Assembly (NCBI GenBank): GCA_964016885.1
Contig: OZ024742.1
Coordinates: forward strand, 140,120,001 to 140,184,000
Length of the DNA stretch: 64,000 nucleotides
Direction of reading: 5' to 3'
From: Eledone cirrhosa
Taxonomy: Eukaryota
A model generated the notes under the pieces. It worked only from the letters and a program-made list of their open reading frames with translations, had not been told where the DNA came from and did no database searches. Positions 1-13,191 of the stretch are shown in pieces. A program made the position numbers and the translations under genes. The first letter of the stretch is position 1; each line of letters starts with the position of its first letter.

Positions 1-125
1 CTTCTTGTCCGTAAGTCTGTCTTCTTGTCTGTCAGTCTGTCTTCTTGTCTGTCAGCCTGTCTTCTTGTCCGCCAGCCTGTCTTCTTGTCCGCCAGCCTGT
101 CTTCTTGTCCGCCAGCCTGTCTTCT
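1..125. repeat. 20-bp minisatellite (CTTCTTGTCCGCCAGCCTGT)n, about 6 copies, cut by window edge
   Basis: Tandem 20-nt units read directly. Confidence 0.9.
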
Positions 126-135
126 CGTATGTATG

Positions 136-440
136 TGGCTTAGTGTTTAGAGTATTCAATTCACAATCGTGAGGTTGTGAATTTGATTCCCAGTGGCATG
201 TTGTATCCTTGAGCAAAATACTTTATTTTATATTGTTCCAATCTTCTCAGCTGGCAAATGGACTTGTACCTGTAATTCAAAGGGCTTGGCTTGTCACTCA
301 CACTCTCATGCTGAATCTCCTTACAAACTACATTTTGAGTATATATCTGTGGAATGCTCAGCCACTTATGGTTTGTGAGCAGACTGTACTGTTGTTCAAA
401 CAACTGGGACACTCATTGGGATTGATGGTGGGCCAACACG
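136..440 (+). mobile_element. tRNA-head SINE, degraded
   Basis: A-box-like TGGCTTAGTGTTTAG, B-box-like GTTGTGAATTTGATTCC, then CCTTGAGCAAAATACTTTATTT body shared with copies near 11590, 14964, 35106 and 61288. Confidence 0.65.
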
Positions 441-1084
441 CACGTACACACACACACACACGTATACATGCACTCACATGCATACATACACATACAGCAA
501 TATATTAAAAACTGAGCAGTTGTGAGATGAAAAGAAAAAGAATGAAAACATCAATATGTCACAATCATAATCTGTTTTCCTTTTATCACTTTCTTTTTTA
601 GCTCAAGTAAAGTAGTGTAAGTAATTAAAGCAGCATTAATAATAATATCATTAGACTCAGACTTATTCAAGTAGGAACATGTTTAAGTAGCTGAACATTT
701 CACATAAAATTGTTCTTGTGTGTGTGTAATTCTGATTTAAGTTGAAGAGAGAAATACTAGTTAGATCTGATCAATGAATGTCAAGCCTGGAAACTTCGAG
801 AACCATAATCAATTTTCCTTTTTATTAAACCCATTACCTGAAGTCTTTTCAATTATCTTTCAGGTTGCTAGATTTACTGAATATTACTGGCAAGCCATAT
901 ACACATATCACTTATTACTTTCTCAATTAGAATTGTTATTTTTGTTGTTTTTTCTTCTTTTAAATTATATTCTTTGAGAACAATGGTATTGTAAAGACTT
1001 ATCAACTAAGATTCCATATTATCTTATCTGTCTGTCTATCTATTGGAGTTTGAACTTCACGAGATTATATATATATATAGTCCA

Positions 1085-1515
1085 ATCCATGCCAGCATTG
1101 AAAGCAGATGATATTAATGATGATAAATACAAGAGGTATAGCAGGATCTTGGAAAAGCTAACAAAGAATGTAGACTTTGCGTGTGGCATATGCACTGGAG
1201 CAGTAAGCAGTATGCACTCACATGAAACAGATACTATCAAATGCTCTGACAGCTCCTTAGAAGTGTTTGACAGCTTCCACTATCTAGTGCGTATGGGTGT
1301 TCTGGAAGCACAATCGCAATGCTGTGAGATCTGGGCCTTAAACGCAGAGAATCTACGATGATTGAGAAGAAACGAAGCAAGCATGTACTGATGGATGTGT
1401 AATGAAAGACAAAGTATCAATGACCTGAGAGAAAAGCAGAGCATAAGATGTAATAGATGCAGTGAAGAAGAGAGAAGACTAAGCTGGTATGAACATGTGA
1501 TATGTATGAAGGCTT
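1085..1515 (+). mobile_element. RTE-clade LINE fragment (RT C-terminal part), decayed
   Basis: Translation VDFACGIC..LEVFDSFHYL..EIWALNAENLR..LSWYEHV matches the better-preserved copy at 13192-14465. Confidence 0.8.
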
Positions 1516-1579
1516 GGATTAGATTAGTCCTCTCTAGTACAGCATCTCACCACTTGTTTCCTTTGTCATCTCATTTGTG

Positions 1580-1815
1580 AGTCCAGCATCTTAAGTTCAG
1601 TTTTTACCATTTCTGCCCAGGATTTCCACAACTTCTGACACTTCTTCACCCAACGATCATCATCCATGTAGATGATACATTGGTACCAATGTAATTTTAT
1701 TTCCTGCAAACTACATCTGATTCCTTTTATACCTAGTTTCTCTCTCATTTCATCTGTGCTTTGTTGTTTATACACACTAATGTTACACATCCACCCCATC
1801 TCCTCAGACATAGTG
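1580..1815 (-). mobile_element. RTE LINE 3' ORF fragment
   Basis: ORF 1566..1811 reads WMCNIS..EMREKLGIKGIRC..LHWY..MDDDRWVKKC. Confidence 0.8.
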
Positions 1816-2480
1816 TATATAGGATTATATTAGCCAACATGTTCATTTTTTTTACATTCATAAGTTGTGATATGAAGGAAATTCAGTTGCTATTTCTAGC
1901 AGGTGAAACAAACACATATAGGCTTCATAATTGGCTTCAGTAGTGGTTGTATTGATAATGTCATGATACTGTGCAACAGTGAATGCAGCATAGCTGAATG
2001 GTTGAAATGTTTGCTTCATAAACAAAAGGTTTTGGTTTCGATCCCACTCCTTGACATCTTGGTTATGTGTAATTTGGGTAAATGGAAATTGTTTGGAAGC
2101 ACATTGGATGGACTGTAACTATAATTTAACAGGCTAGCATTGTCTTATACTGAGTCTCCCTGAGAACTTGCATTAAGAGACCACTTGTCTGTGGAATACT
2201 CAGTCACTTGCTTGTTAATTTCATGAGTAGGCTTTTCCATTGATCAAACAACTGGAACATTCATTGAATACCAGTAAGGTAATAAGGTTGAATCAGTGAC
2301 CATAGTAGAAAATATCTCAATCTGACAACACATCATACGACCAAATATTTCTTCAATTTCTCTGAGTACAATCAAGTGTGTGACTAACATATGTTATAAG
2401 CTTTCCATTTTGAAACATCCTTGTTACTGAAAATTCAGAAGAATCAGTAGTGAGAGTTGTTTCATGTTTGATAGAAAATG

Positions 2481-2716
2481 TTAACCCTTTTGATACATAA
2501 CCAATTGAAACTGCCCAAGGTTCTATGATACTAAGCTGTTTATTTTAAATTGTATATATTTATTTAAAAACTTTTTATCATAATTTTTGTTAAACATCAG
2601 CTTAATAAGAAAGTTACTTTTATTACTAAATCCTTTCAAATTTTTGATTATTTTCTAAATGATTTGAAAATCATAGGCAATGTCTTTCATTAGAAATAAG
2701 GTAATGAATGTGTTAA
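2481..2716 (+). mobile_element. TTAA-flanked ~250-bp MITE (piggyBac-like non-autonomous family)
   Basis: TTAA-CCCTTTTGATAC...GTAATGAATGTG-TTAA. Related copies at ~5070-5388, 6719-6966, 22870-23095 (-), 50289-50489, 50832-51076, ~55000-55224 (-), ~57830-58019 (-) and 60614-60871. Confidence 0.75.
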
Positions 2717-3005
2717 AATAGCATTCTGTAAGAATTTCTATTATCTTCTTTCTTTATGCATTCCCCAAGTAAAGGCATTCCTTTTTACTGCTAGAAGTAG
2801 CTCGTATGTCTCCAAATTTGGTATGAACCAGTGATAATAGTTCACCAACCCCAAATATTTCTCAATTTCTTCTTTTGATTAGGAAACAAATCCATTGAAT
2901 TTTGTTTATTAGATGATGATGATAGAATATATGATAGTTTGATACTACCCTTTGAAATATTCATTCGACAAAAATCTATAGAAGATGTGAATGCTTAATG
3001 TATTT

Positions 3006-3357
3006 CATCATCATCATTTAACGTCTCTGTTCCATGTTAGCATGGGTTTAGATGGGAATTGTCCCACTTGAGGCAAGATTGGTCATCTCACTCGTATGGA
3101 ACTGTCTGGCAGGTTTTCTACGGCTGGATGCCCTTCCTAACACCAACCACGTTTACAGTGTGGACTGGGAGGTTTTTACTGTGTTACCTACACAGCCACA
3201 TTACAGCGTGGACTGTGTGTTTTTTTTGTACACCACCTCGTTTATTTAGGACTGGATGTTGTGGTACCAACATAACTTTACAGAGAAAGGGGTGGTGTTG
3301 GTGGGGGAGTTGGGGTAGTGGGATGGGGGTGTATATTTGATTAAGAGGTGCCTACTG
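3006..3357 (-). mobile_element. Isolated RTE 3' UTR/tail with (GAT)n end
   Basis: Closely similar to 16064-16420 and to the reverse complement of 14070-14465, which follow RTE ORF ends. Confidence 0.8.
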
Positions 3358-6300
3358 ATGTAGGTTTCGCTTCATTTGGATTAATTGATATATTGGCTCC
3401 TTTCAGTCTTGCAATAACTGCATTTTCTTGATTCTTCAACTTATTCTCAGTTGCTGCAATGATGAGGTATGGTATGCTAATAGATAATTTTCATATTGAT
3501 AGCCATCAATATAAACTCTACATAATGTTGGAAAATGAGACTGCAATTTTTAAGACCTAACATTGTTTGTATAGATCTTACACATTAGTCTTCATCCAAA
3601 CTAATTGCCTGTATGCACTCTTTAAAATAATTGAGGAAGAAAAAACGGAAAGCTTTGTATCTTCCATAACACTGAACATTAAGACGAGGAGTTGTATTAG
3701 AAAAAATTTTAATCTTACCAGTTAAATGTATTTAAATGCATATATTCTTTAAAACCAAACAATTGGTGATGCAATATTGACACCTCCATAATTCCCATTA
3801 CTCTAAGATTGTGAAGTTCATTTAACATTATAACATTTTCACTGATCACATAACTCCTAATATGGAGTTATAAGGACATTTTTAAACATGGCAGAGCCCA
3901 TCCCTCTCTTGGTTTAACTATAACCGATTTCTTGAGAGAGAGAGATGCAGCCCAGTACTGGATTGGTATTTTATTTGTTTACCCCTTTGGATGAAAGACA
4001 AAGATGGGCTTCATATTTGTGGTAAATAGCCAGAAAGATAGTACATGATGTACTTTTTCAGAATGTCTACACTGATTAATGCAAAGTTTTAATTGCTATT
4101 TAACCACAACTAAGTTGAAATGCTGTTTTTTTTTTTTTATTACTAAAGTTAAGCAAATCTGTACCAACCATCCTCTGAACTTTAGGAGTTAATCCAAAGT
4201 TAAATCATACCAGAGTTGAAGAGCTGTTTTTCATTAACAAAGTTAAGTAAATCTATTGTAGTACTAACTTATATCTAGTTTTGGATCATCATAAGATGTT
4301 AAGTTTCTCAGTAGGTTTTTTTTATTAATAATAACTTATTATGGAATGAAGTAACACACTGCATCAGTATCCAATTTCATTTCAGCTGATGCCCTTCCTA
4401 TCACCAACACATACTTTTTTTAGAAGCAAAACTGCTTATCCTCATCAACCAGTTGGGCATATAATTTATGCAGGGCATAAACAAACATTCCAGCTTGCTT
4501 TAAATTGTGTTATGAAAATACATAAGGTAAACTGAAACACACACACACACACACCCCCCTAATGTTGGTGTCACAAAAAATGTACTCAGGGCACTCTGTA
4601 GAGAGAGCAAGGGAACATAAGTACGATAAAGCATTCAGATCATGAGAGGTCAGTAGCTCCAATTAAGTAATGACTTGGTCTGTGATAACTCATCCAACCT
4701 TTACTAGCATGGAGAATGAACATTAAATGATGATGTTACACAAGAGGCTTTTCCTACAGTTTCCATCTACCAAATCCACATATAAGGCATTGATCAGCCT
4801 AAACCTATTGTAGACATTTTCCCTAGGTGCCATGCAATGAGATGGCACTCAAAATCACATGGTTGTAAAGCAAATCTTTTAACCATGAAGCTACACCTGA
4901 GTCTTTTGTAAAATTTTCAATTTTTCTAAAACCCCACACCCCCTCAATGACTTCTGGAAAATTAGAAATAAAATAGTAGCAAAAAGGCAATTATAGTGAT
5001 GTATAAAGAAAGTTTGTATAATGCAAAGGAGTCCAGCTCAAATGCCATGTGTGAACCCCCCTCCCCTCCTAGATTTATGGTACAAAGCTGCATATCTTAA
5101 ATTGTTTATATTTAACTTAATTATATATTAGAACCTTAGTTATGTTATAAACACCAGCTTAATCATGAGTAAGTTGGATATACTACAAAATCCTACCAAA
5201 TTCTTAATTATTTTCAAAATGATATGAATCAGTGTTTTTCATTAGAAATATAGTAACAAAATTTGCATTTCAGAAAAGAAAAAAAACAAACAGCAGAAAG
5301 CACATCACATTATATTACAAAAACCCACAAAATCAAGTCAGTGTCTTTCATTAGAAATATAGTAATAAAAAAAAAAAAAAAGGGTTAAAGGTGAAAAATG
5401 GAACCTACTAGAAATTTTTTTCAAAGTTGCAGGCTTATTCAGATTTTCTCCATTGGTGCATTACCTTATATCAAACATTTAAAGTAATACTCATTGAATT
5501 GAAATATGGTTAAAAACCAGGATTTGTCTGACGAATTTCTTTTTCTGTTAATCGCCTTTGAGACTTCCAGTGTCCTTTGTGTCTGGATGACTGTTTTCCT
5601 CTACCAAATTATGATGGCATCATATCTGAGGAAAGAGCTCTGTATGATGGAATTGCTGATGCAGTAGATATCGCTGGCTATTGAATGCAGCAAGGATTTG
5701 CCATCATATATACAGAGTGCAGCTGAAATATGATGTCCAACTAAAGGTGAAGAGATTGTCTCTGCCTTATTCCTTTGTAGAATTTGCCATTGTTCTTTTT
5801 ATCCTTTCTATTTTTGTTGTTTTACAAAAAATTCATCATCATTTTTATATCATCCATTTTTTTTCCATAGGTAGATAAGTTTCTCCAGTACATAATCTCT
5901 GCTTGATATTTTTAAGTGACAAATAAAAGTAATGATTTGTACTTTAGATGCAAAGCCAGTAATTTGATGGTAGGGGAAGTTGATTATATCAACCCAATAC
6001 TTGACTGATAGTTTACGTTATCGACCCTCGAATGATGAAAGCAGAGTTGACCTTTGTGGGATTTGAACTAAGAATGTAAAGATTTGGAATAAATGATGCA
6101 ATGCAGTTTGTCTTATGCACTAACAATTCTGTAACAATAATGATATAATTTCTTTATTGTCCATATCCAGCAACAGTTATTTCTTGTATGCACTCTCTTA
6201 CCCGTCCCTCCAATCTTCTCTTTCACTCAGTTAACAATAGCTTAAATAAACATATTCTGATGGCATATGTAGTCTTGCTTCCAAAGAGACTCCATGTGCT

Positions 6301-6718
6301 ATAAACTGATATTTATTTTGCTTGATGCACAAGCTATATTATGATGTCAGCAATAAGCGTGTTAATGTGATGTCATTAAGTCGTGATTATTTCTAGTTGG
6401 TCAATATTGGCCAAGATTTAGACCTAATGTTAAGCTAAAGATAGAGATTGATTTTCGAAAAGTTTCTAGTAAGTTCTATATAATTTTTGTGTTATATGTA
6501 TGCGTGTGTATTTGTATAAGAAGTTGTATAACATTCTTTAAATTCCATTTTAAAAATTATGTTTTTTGATAAATAACAATACTGCAAAATGTTTTTTTTA
6601 TAAGAACTATGGCTATTGATGCCATATTTAGTTACCAAATATCCCTATAGTGTTGTTGTACTGATAGTTTCTATTTAAAGTTGAAATTTTTTCTATTGCT
6701 ATTTTCAGTAAAGGAAAC

Positions 6719-6966
6719 TTAACATTTTTGGTACTAAACTGGTCCAGGTTCTGATAAAATGCTGTTGATTTTAAAATGTTCATATTTCATCTAAAAACAT
6801 CCATCATAATTTTTTCTAAGAATTTTTGTTAAGATATGCTCAAAACATCAACTTAACAATTAGAATGCTAGTTATATTAGTAAATTCCTCCAAATCATTA
6901 TTTTAAAAATTATTTGAAAAACATAGGCAGTGTCTTTCATTAGAAATATGGTAATGAAATGGTTAA
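6719..6966 (+). mobile_element. TTAA-flanked MITE copy
   Basis: TTAA at both ends. The AGGCAGTGTCTTTCATTAGAAATATGGTAATGAA motif is shared with the family. Confidence 0.7.
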
Positions 6967-7369
6967 GGTCTTCATACAATGTTTAACTAGAGAATCGTAT
7001 AACTATTTATCTTGATTATGAGTTAAATACAGTGTTCACATGTATGTGTATTTGGATAATGGTAGCAGCATGAACCAGACAATGAAAGGTTGTCACCCCT
7101 CCCCCTCCCTGTTCATCTGTTCTGCCTTTCCGATGTGGCAGAACCCAAGTATATGCTACCTCATGGCCACAGTGGACAGAATAGAGAAAGCATTATCCCA
7201 GAGGATATTGAGGAAGAGGAATTTCAGTAATGCTTGAGTGTTATTTGCATGTGAAAGATCAAATTCGTGAATTAATAGAACAAACATTTTTAAACAAAAT
7301 TTCATATTCAATTGGAAAAGAAAGAAAAAAAGGTGTGGAGAAATGGGGAGGGGCAGACTTTACACTGAT

Positions 7370-8220
7370 CAGATAATGAAAGCATTGCCATGGAAAACAG
7401 CCAGCAATATTTGCTGCATCAAGCATTCCAACTCGCAGGGCTGCTTCCTCAGGCAGGATGTAATCTTCCTCATCTTGTAAAGGAAAACGGCAGTACTGAG
7501 ACCAGGGGCACTAAACGTCTCAGTGTCAATCAGCACATAAAAGTAGTGGTCAATCAAAGTCTATTATTTAGTTATCTTCTACTCTTCTGCGTTACTGCTG
7601 GCAGTGCCCAGCTTTGTAGCTGGTGTGATGAGGTTGGTACAAGAGAATATGTCACATGTGGGTCCAAGATGAATGACTTACTTCCTCAAACAGGAAAAAG
7701 GTTTATCCCATCTCGGCACCTACCATTATTCAAAGCAGAGTATTGGGGAAACCAATCTGTACTGTGGCAACAAGAGCAGATATATTTCAAATTCATCAAC
7801 AGTGGCTCCACAACAGCATTTGTGTGGCTCACACATATGGAAGCCAAGGTATCTGACTCTTCTGATGCCTATGCATTCATCATCAAGAAGGGTTTCGCTT
7901 GATGAAAAGGGCACTAAAAAACCAACTGCTAATGTTTGGCTGCAAGGCAGGCAAATGGTGTAGATTTAGGGAAAACTCATTCCTTGTGCAAGTTGAATTG
8001 CATTTGATGTCTCAGTTGCATTGGTAACCTGAATATTGAGGCCCTGGTCAAACCAGATGGCCCAAACTGACTCAAGTTACTGGTCCATGTTAGATTTGTT
8101 TTGCAAAGAATCTCGTGGATGAGGGCATGACTGAAGATGAGAGAGGAACGGTAGGGTGGAAGTGTTAAGTTGTATGTTAAGCGGAAGGGGAGACCACTAA
8201 ACTTGTCAGTTTTTGTTGTC
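7370..8220 (-). mobile_element. Decayed CRE-like non-LTR retrotransposon 3' end (Zn knuckle plus restriction-like endonuclease)
   Basis: Minus ORF pieces LLDDECIGIRRVRYLGFHMCEPHKCCCGATVDE and ELECLMQQILLAVFHGNAFII resemble the RLG..CEPH.C.CG..VD and QRISLA..RGNA signatures of CRE-type RLE elements. Confidence 0.7.
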
Positions 8221-8473
8221 AAAAGTGATGTTGCAGATTAGTTTGTCAAAAGTGATGTTGCAAATTAGTTTGGCAGAGAGAATGGTGGTATTAAGTTCAC
8301 TGAGATGTCCTGTATGAGGAATTATCTTGGGACCTTTAATAGTTGTTCATTAGTTCCTTAAATTCATAAAGCAATGACACTGCCTATGATTTTCAAAATT
8401 TAGAAAATTGTCAGAAATTTGAAGGAATTTGGTAATATAACTTTCTCATTATTAAGCTGGTGCCTGGAACATA

Positions 8474-8642
8474 CCATATTTCCCGGCACCGAAGATGCTT
8501 TGTCCTCAAGGACGCACCCTAATTTTGACAACCAAAAATTTGAAAAAAAAGTAATAAACAACTTTCGGCCTCCACGACACATGGTAGATTTTTGAGACTT
8601 ATTTTAGGAAAAACATAGCATCTTCGACACCGGGAAATATGG
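8474..8642. mobile_element. 169-bp MITE with TA target duplication (Tc1/pogo-Tigger type)
   Basis: TA-CCATATTTCCCGGCACCGAAGATGCT ... AGCATCTTCGACACCGGGAAATATGG-TA, an imperfect TIR of about 26 bp. Confidence 0.85.
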
Positions 8643-9494
8643 TAATTTAACAACAGTTCTTACATAAAATTATAGTAGAAAGTTTCTAGATGAATAAAAA
8701 CACATTAAATTAATTTTGTATTGTAAAACCAGGATTCTGATGATTTGATAATGAAAAAATTAAACATTCTCCTTCATTCTCAATCATTATCAAGAGTATT
8801 AGTGCTTGAAAAAGCTGTCCCATCACTGTCACTTAATGCAAATACTACAGAGATGTGTACTAGCTCTGATGAAACTCTAGACTTAGAACAAACTTTCTTC
8901 ATTAATCACAACATTTCTGCAATAAGCCATAAAAACAGAAAAAAAGAAAATCAAAAAGTAGAATGGTCTAAATAAAAAGTCCAATATGCCATTGATTCTC
9001 AAACTCATCAGGCTGTCCAGATAGTAATTGCATTTTTTCCCCCCAATATATGGCATTAAATGCCTTGAAATATAACTAACTTTATTTTGAACCACCACTT
9101 CATAGTGTGACTTGGCAGCTGATGGTTCAAGCTTGATTTAGAGAAATAAAGTACGCAATTTTGTCATGGAACGCTTATACAATTCTCAAAAAAACCCCAA
9201 AAAACACAGAATCCTTATGATTCTCCCCAAATCATGAAACTTACACAATTCTCAAAAATTCATAAAAACCTATGAATATATTTTATAAACAATCCCCAAC
9301 ACCCTAATTTTAATATTTTAATATGTCATTAAATGAATAAAAAACTGTTTTAGAAACAATTCATATGAAAAAAACAAAACAAATTTTATTAAGTTTTATT
9401 AAATTAAATTAATAGACTTCTTAACTCATGGAACCCTAGGTTTTTTTTTTTTTTTGCAGGACCCACTTTGGAAAGCACTACAGTATATATATAT

Positions 9495-10460
9495 ATAGTG
9501 AGGCAACTACAAGAGAAGTTCCTAGCCAAGAATAAGTCACTATATTTAGCTTTTGTTGATCTAGAAAAGGCCTTTGACAGAGTGCCTCGATTTATTATCT
9601 GGTGGTCCTTAAGGAAATTAGGTGTAGAATGGCTTGTGAGAGCAGTGAAAGCTATGTATAGAGGAGCTGTCAGTAAAGTGAGAGTAGGAAGTGAGTTTAG
9701 TGAGGAATTCAAAGTACATGTAGACATTCATTAAAGTTCAGTTCTTAACCCACTGCTGTTCATCATAGTTCTCCAGGACATAACAGAGGAGTTTAAGACT
9801 GGATGACTGGCTGTCCATAGGAACTTCTCTATGTATATGATTTGGTCCTTATAGCTAAATCCATAAAAAAAAACTCAAGAATAGGTTCTGACTATGGAAA
9901 CAGAATTTGGAACCAAAAGGTCTGAGAGTAAACTTAGCCAAAACTAAAATGCTAGTGAGTAGGAAAGATAAAAAGTGGCTTTGCTCAATATGTAGAAAAG
10001 GAGTAGGCATAAATTCTATACAATGTACACAATGTAAATCTTGGATCACAATGATGTTGAGGGATAAGGGGTAGACTAACAGGAAAGGCAGACTTTGTAT
10101 GTAGATGCATAGGAGCAATGAGGGGAAGAGTGTCATTGATATAAACCTTTTCAAGTCACAGGAAGGGTTCATAGAAGTGGTTGATAGCTTCTGCTATGTG
10201 ACTCAATGAGCAGTGGAAGAGGGTGTTCTAAGAGCATAATAACTAGAATAAGGATATGATGGAAGAAGTTTAGAGAGCTACTCCCATGGTTATCAACAAA
10301 AGGTTTCTCAAAAAGCAGAGGTGGTGAGAGATGACCTCAAATCACTGAGACTCAGAGGAGATGATAAAGGAACACGGAAAGTAGAGAGATGCTGTGCTGA
10401 GAAGGATCTGTCCAACCCATGCAAGTGTGGAAAAACAGAAGTAAAAATGATGATGATAAT
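9495..10460 (+). mobile_element. RTE LINE, 5'-truncated, internally deleted, decayed
   Basis: IVRQLQEKFLAKNKSLYLAFVDLEKAFDRVPR (RT motif A region). Ends AACCCATGCAAGTGTGGAAAA..(GAT)n. Confidence 0.9.
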
Positions 10461-10680
10461 ATACATACACACACTCACACACACCTGTAAATTGAAGATT
10501 CAATCTCTACCGTAGTGTTATATATATGCACACACACACACTCACACATTTATATATATTGCTATTGAAATACTAGAAGCTTAACTGTAGAGCAGAGCAT
10601 CCTTTTCTTACACTCTACTTTTCTTAAGTATAATGTACTTAGTTGAATAATGATATTACTGGTCATAACTAGTAACAACT

Positions 10681-10712
<32 letters not shown>

Positions 10713-12019
10713 CACACCAATACCCTATTTAAAAACAAAATAAAGATATTCAGTTGATAATTTTTTTTATATCAGTAATAACTATAATAACAATAATAGT
10801 AATAAGTCAGTGAGTCAATGTGTAATTATCATTTATAGGTGAATTGATGTTTTGTATGAGGTGAATTCGGCAGTTGGCTGGTGACTTCTCATAGGAAAAC
10901 AAGTGTTATCTCAGAGGTAGGCGCAACTTTACATATGTAGTAGCTGGTAGGTATTGCATCATCATAATAACACATTTATTGTATTTCTCTTAGTCAGCTA
11001 AAGTGGGCATAAATATATAAGTTTAAACATCTTTAGAGATCATGTGAGCTGCTACCTTCAGAGAATATTTTTAAAGAGCTGCATTTGGTGGTGTTTGCTT
11101 CTTGTCCAAGAAATAAATTGACTATAACTTAAATATTTACATCTCCCTCCTCCTCTCCTCTCCCCTCTCTTCCCCTCCCCTCTCCTCTCCTTTCCCCTCC
11201 CCTCTCTTTCCCTATCCACCTACACCTCCTCCCATCTTCCCCTATCCACCTACACCTCCTCCCATCTTCCCCTCATTCTTCCCTTCTGGCTCTCTCTCCA
11301 CACATAGATACATACATACATACGCACGCATGTATAAAATGGGAGGTTGCATACTATGTATCAAACAAACCTTTTCTTATGTGAATATATGGGTCGACAG
11401 GTAGCTTGGAATAAGATTAAACAGATTAAAATGGAACACTGCATCTAACAATGTGAACATTCAACTGCTGCTGGTCAATGTAGGTGTATATATGTGTATG
11501 TATGATGTCTATGTTTATACATATCATCATCATTGTATTTAACATCTATTTTCCATATATATTAATTTTATGTCTATTCACAAGGCGCATGGCTTAATGG
11601 CTAGAGAACTGGATTCGGAATGATGAGGTTGCGAGTTCGATTCCCTGACTGGGTGTTGCATTATGTCCTTGAACAAAACACTTCATTTTACATTGTTCCT
11701 TCTGCCAGGAGTTGTGATTGGTAGATAGTATTACCAATGGAAACATTATTTTCTTAGTCTGATTTGATGAGTTCAACTCCATTCAGTAAGCAAGTGAGGT
11801 CAAGGATCTTGTCAATCATTCCATGTGTGCATTTTATGGTGGCACCAGCACGAGAAAAGTTGTTACATGTTCATCCAGACAGAAGAGTCCTCTTCTTGGC
11901 CTACTTATTTCTAGGAGGGTTGTGAGAGCAGTCCTTGAGTGCACCTTCAAGCAGGTCCTATTAGAAGCAAATTTCTCCAATTTATCCAGTTGGATAAGCA
12001 AGACCATCTTGCTTTGGGT

Positions 12020-12810
12020 CTTCCCAACTATCTCCTGTCGGTTATTTTTACACATAAAATCTTTCCAGTGATTCTTTCCCTAGATATTCTGACCACATGT
12101 CCATAATATTGGAACTGGGATCTATAAATTTGGAGAAGTAGTGGTTCTATCTGGAGCGACTCACTGATCTCTGAACTACATACTTCGAGTAGGCCTTTCG
12201 GAGGAGCCCCAATTTAGTCGCTTGTATTCTCGATCATTACCCAAGATTCATGACCATAGGTAAGTGTTGGAACAAATACCTAATTGAAGATAGTGAGTTT
12301 GGCTTTTATACCTACCTCCCTTCTTCTGATGACCAAATGCTGAAGCTGGCATATTACTGCATCAGCTCCCACAATTCTTGCACTTAATTCAGCCTCCTGC
12401 CTTTCATCACTTGTGAACATGGCCCCGAGACAATTGAACTTCATCTGTTTCAGTGGAACTCCATTTACATGTAGTGCACTTTGCAGTCTCCACAGCACTG
12501 ATTTTCATTCCTGCCATGCAGCACTTGGCAGCAAACTTATCAAGTGCATGTTGGAGGTCACTTTTTGTAGAACCATGTCGTCTTCAAATTTCAGCTGACT
12601 GTTCCTTCACCCACCAGTCCTGATACCACTTCCAACCTGGCTGTGCTTGTCAGTTCTGTTCATGAAGATTATGAATAGGAGAGATGACTGTATGCACCCT
12701 GGGTGAATTCGGACATCTACATTGAATAGTTTCGACCATTTATCTGAAAACAAATACTAGAGACTTCAGGACACCAACTAGCTGTCCATTGATCCCATAC
12801 TCCTGCAGAA
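12020..12810 (-). mobile_element. RTE LINE fragment of a second (Expander/Rex3-like) family
   Basis: ORF 12280..12498 reads LHVNGVPLKQMKFNCLGAMFTSDERQEAELSARIVGADAV..KAKLTIF. Confidence 0.75.
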
Positions 12811-13191
12811 ATATTTGTTCTGGCTCCTTGCATTCTGAGTTCAAATCCTACTGAGGTCAACTTTGCCATTCAGTAGAGGAGTCAATTCTTCTTCCATCTT
12901 CCTTTATCACTTTCTTGTGTTCACTCTCTTTTTCTGAAAGAAATCAGTCCTATTTTACTCTGGAGAGGAATGGTCTCTGCCGGGTATAAAATGCCCATCA
13001 AAATGATGCCCCTATGACTCCATCAAGAGTTAAGGGCCTTCTTTCAAGTCAGAGTCCTGTTACTCTGGAGTTTCACCTGTGTATTCACGAGGCCATCAGA
13101 CATGTCCCTGAGAATATACAAGTAAAAAGGCAGAGTAACATACATGACTCTGATTTGATCTTTAAAAAAATATGTGTGAGTGTGTGTGTAT

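Larger units (their letters stand above)
2300..3925 (-). mobile_element. Highly decayed Ty3/Gypsy pol remnant (RT and RNase H), interrupted by a MITE and a LINE tail
   Basis: Manual minus-strand translation gives motifs in Gypsy order: NELHNLRVMGIME..ASPIVW (~3760-3830), LGLKNCSLIFQ (~3530-3560), VIARLKGANISINP (~3375-3420), YLGLVNYYHWFIPNL (~2815-2860), TTLTTDSSEF..QNGKLITYVSHTL (~2370-2460). Confidence 0.75.

Noticed and set aside
1-125. CRISPR-like array
   Set aside because: Contiguous tandem units without spacers, in a eukaryotic context
780-845. Possible minus-strand terminal exon VMGLIKRKIDYGSRSFQA*
   Set aside because: Short, weak acceptor, no homology or partner exons
5510-5800. Minus-strand open stretch (..ALCIYDGKSLLHSI..RKEIRQ) as a host exon
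   Set aside because: In-frame stop and no clear splice sites. At best a very old LINE RT trace, which I cannot support
7390-7902. 170-aa plus-strand ORF
   Set aside because: Antisense to the CRE-like remnant, with no recognisable domain
8760-8945. Possible hAT transposase dimerisation-domain trace (minus strand)
   Set aside because: Resemblance too faint, with several stops
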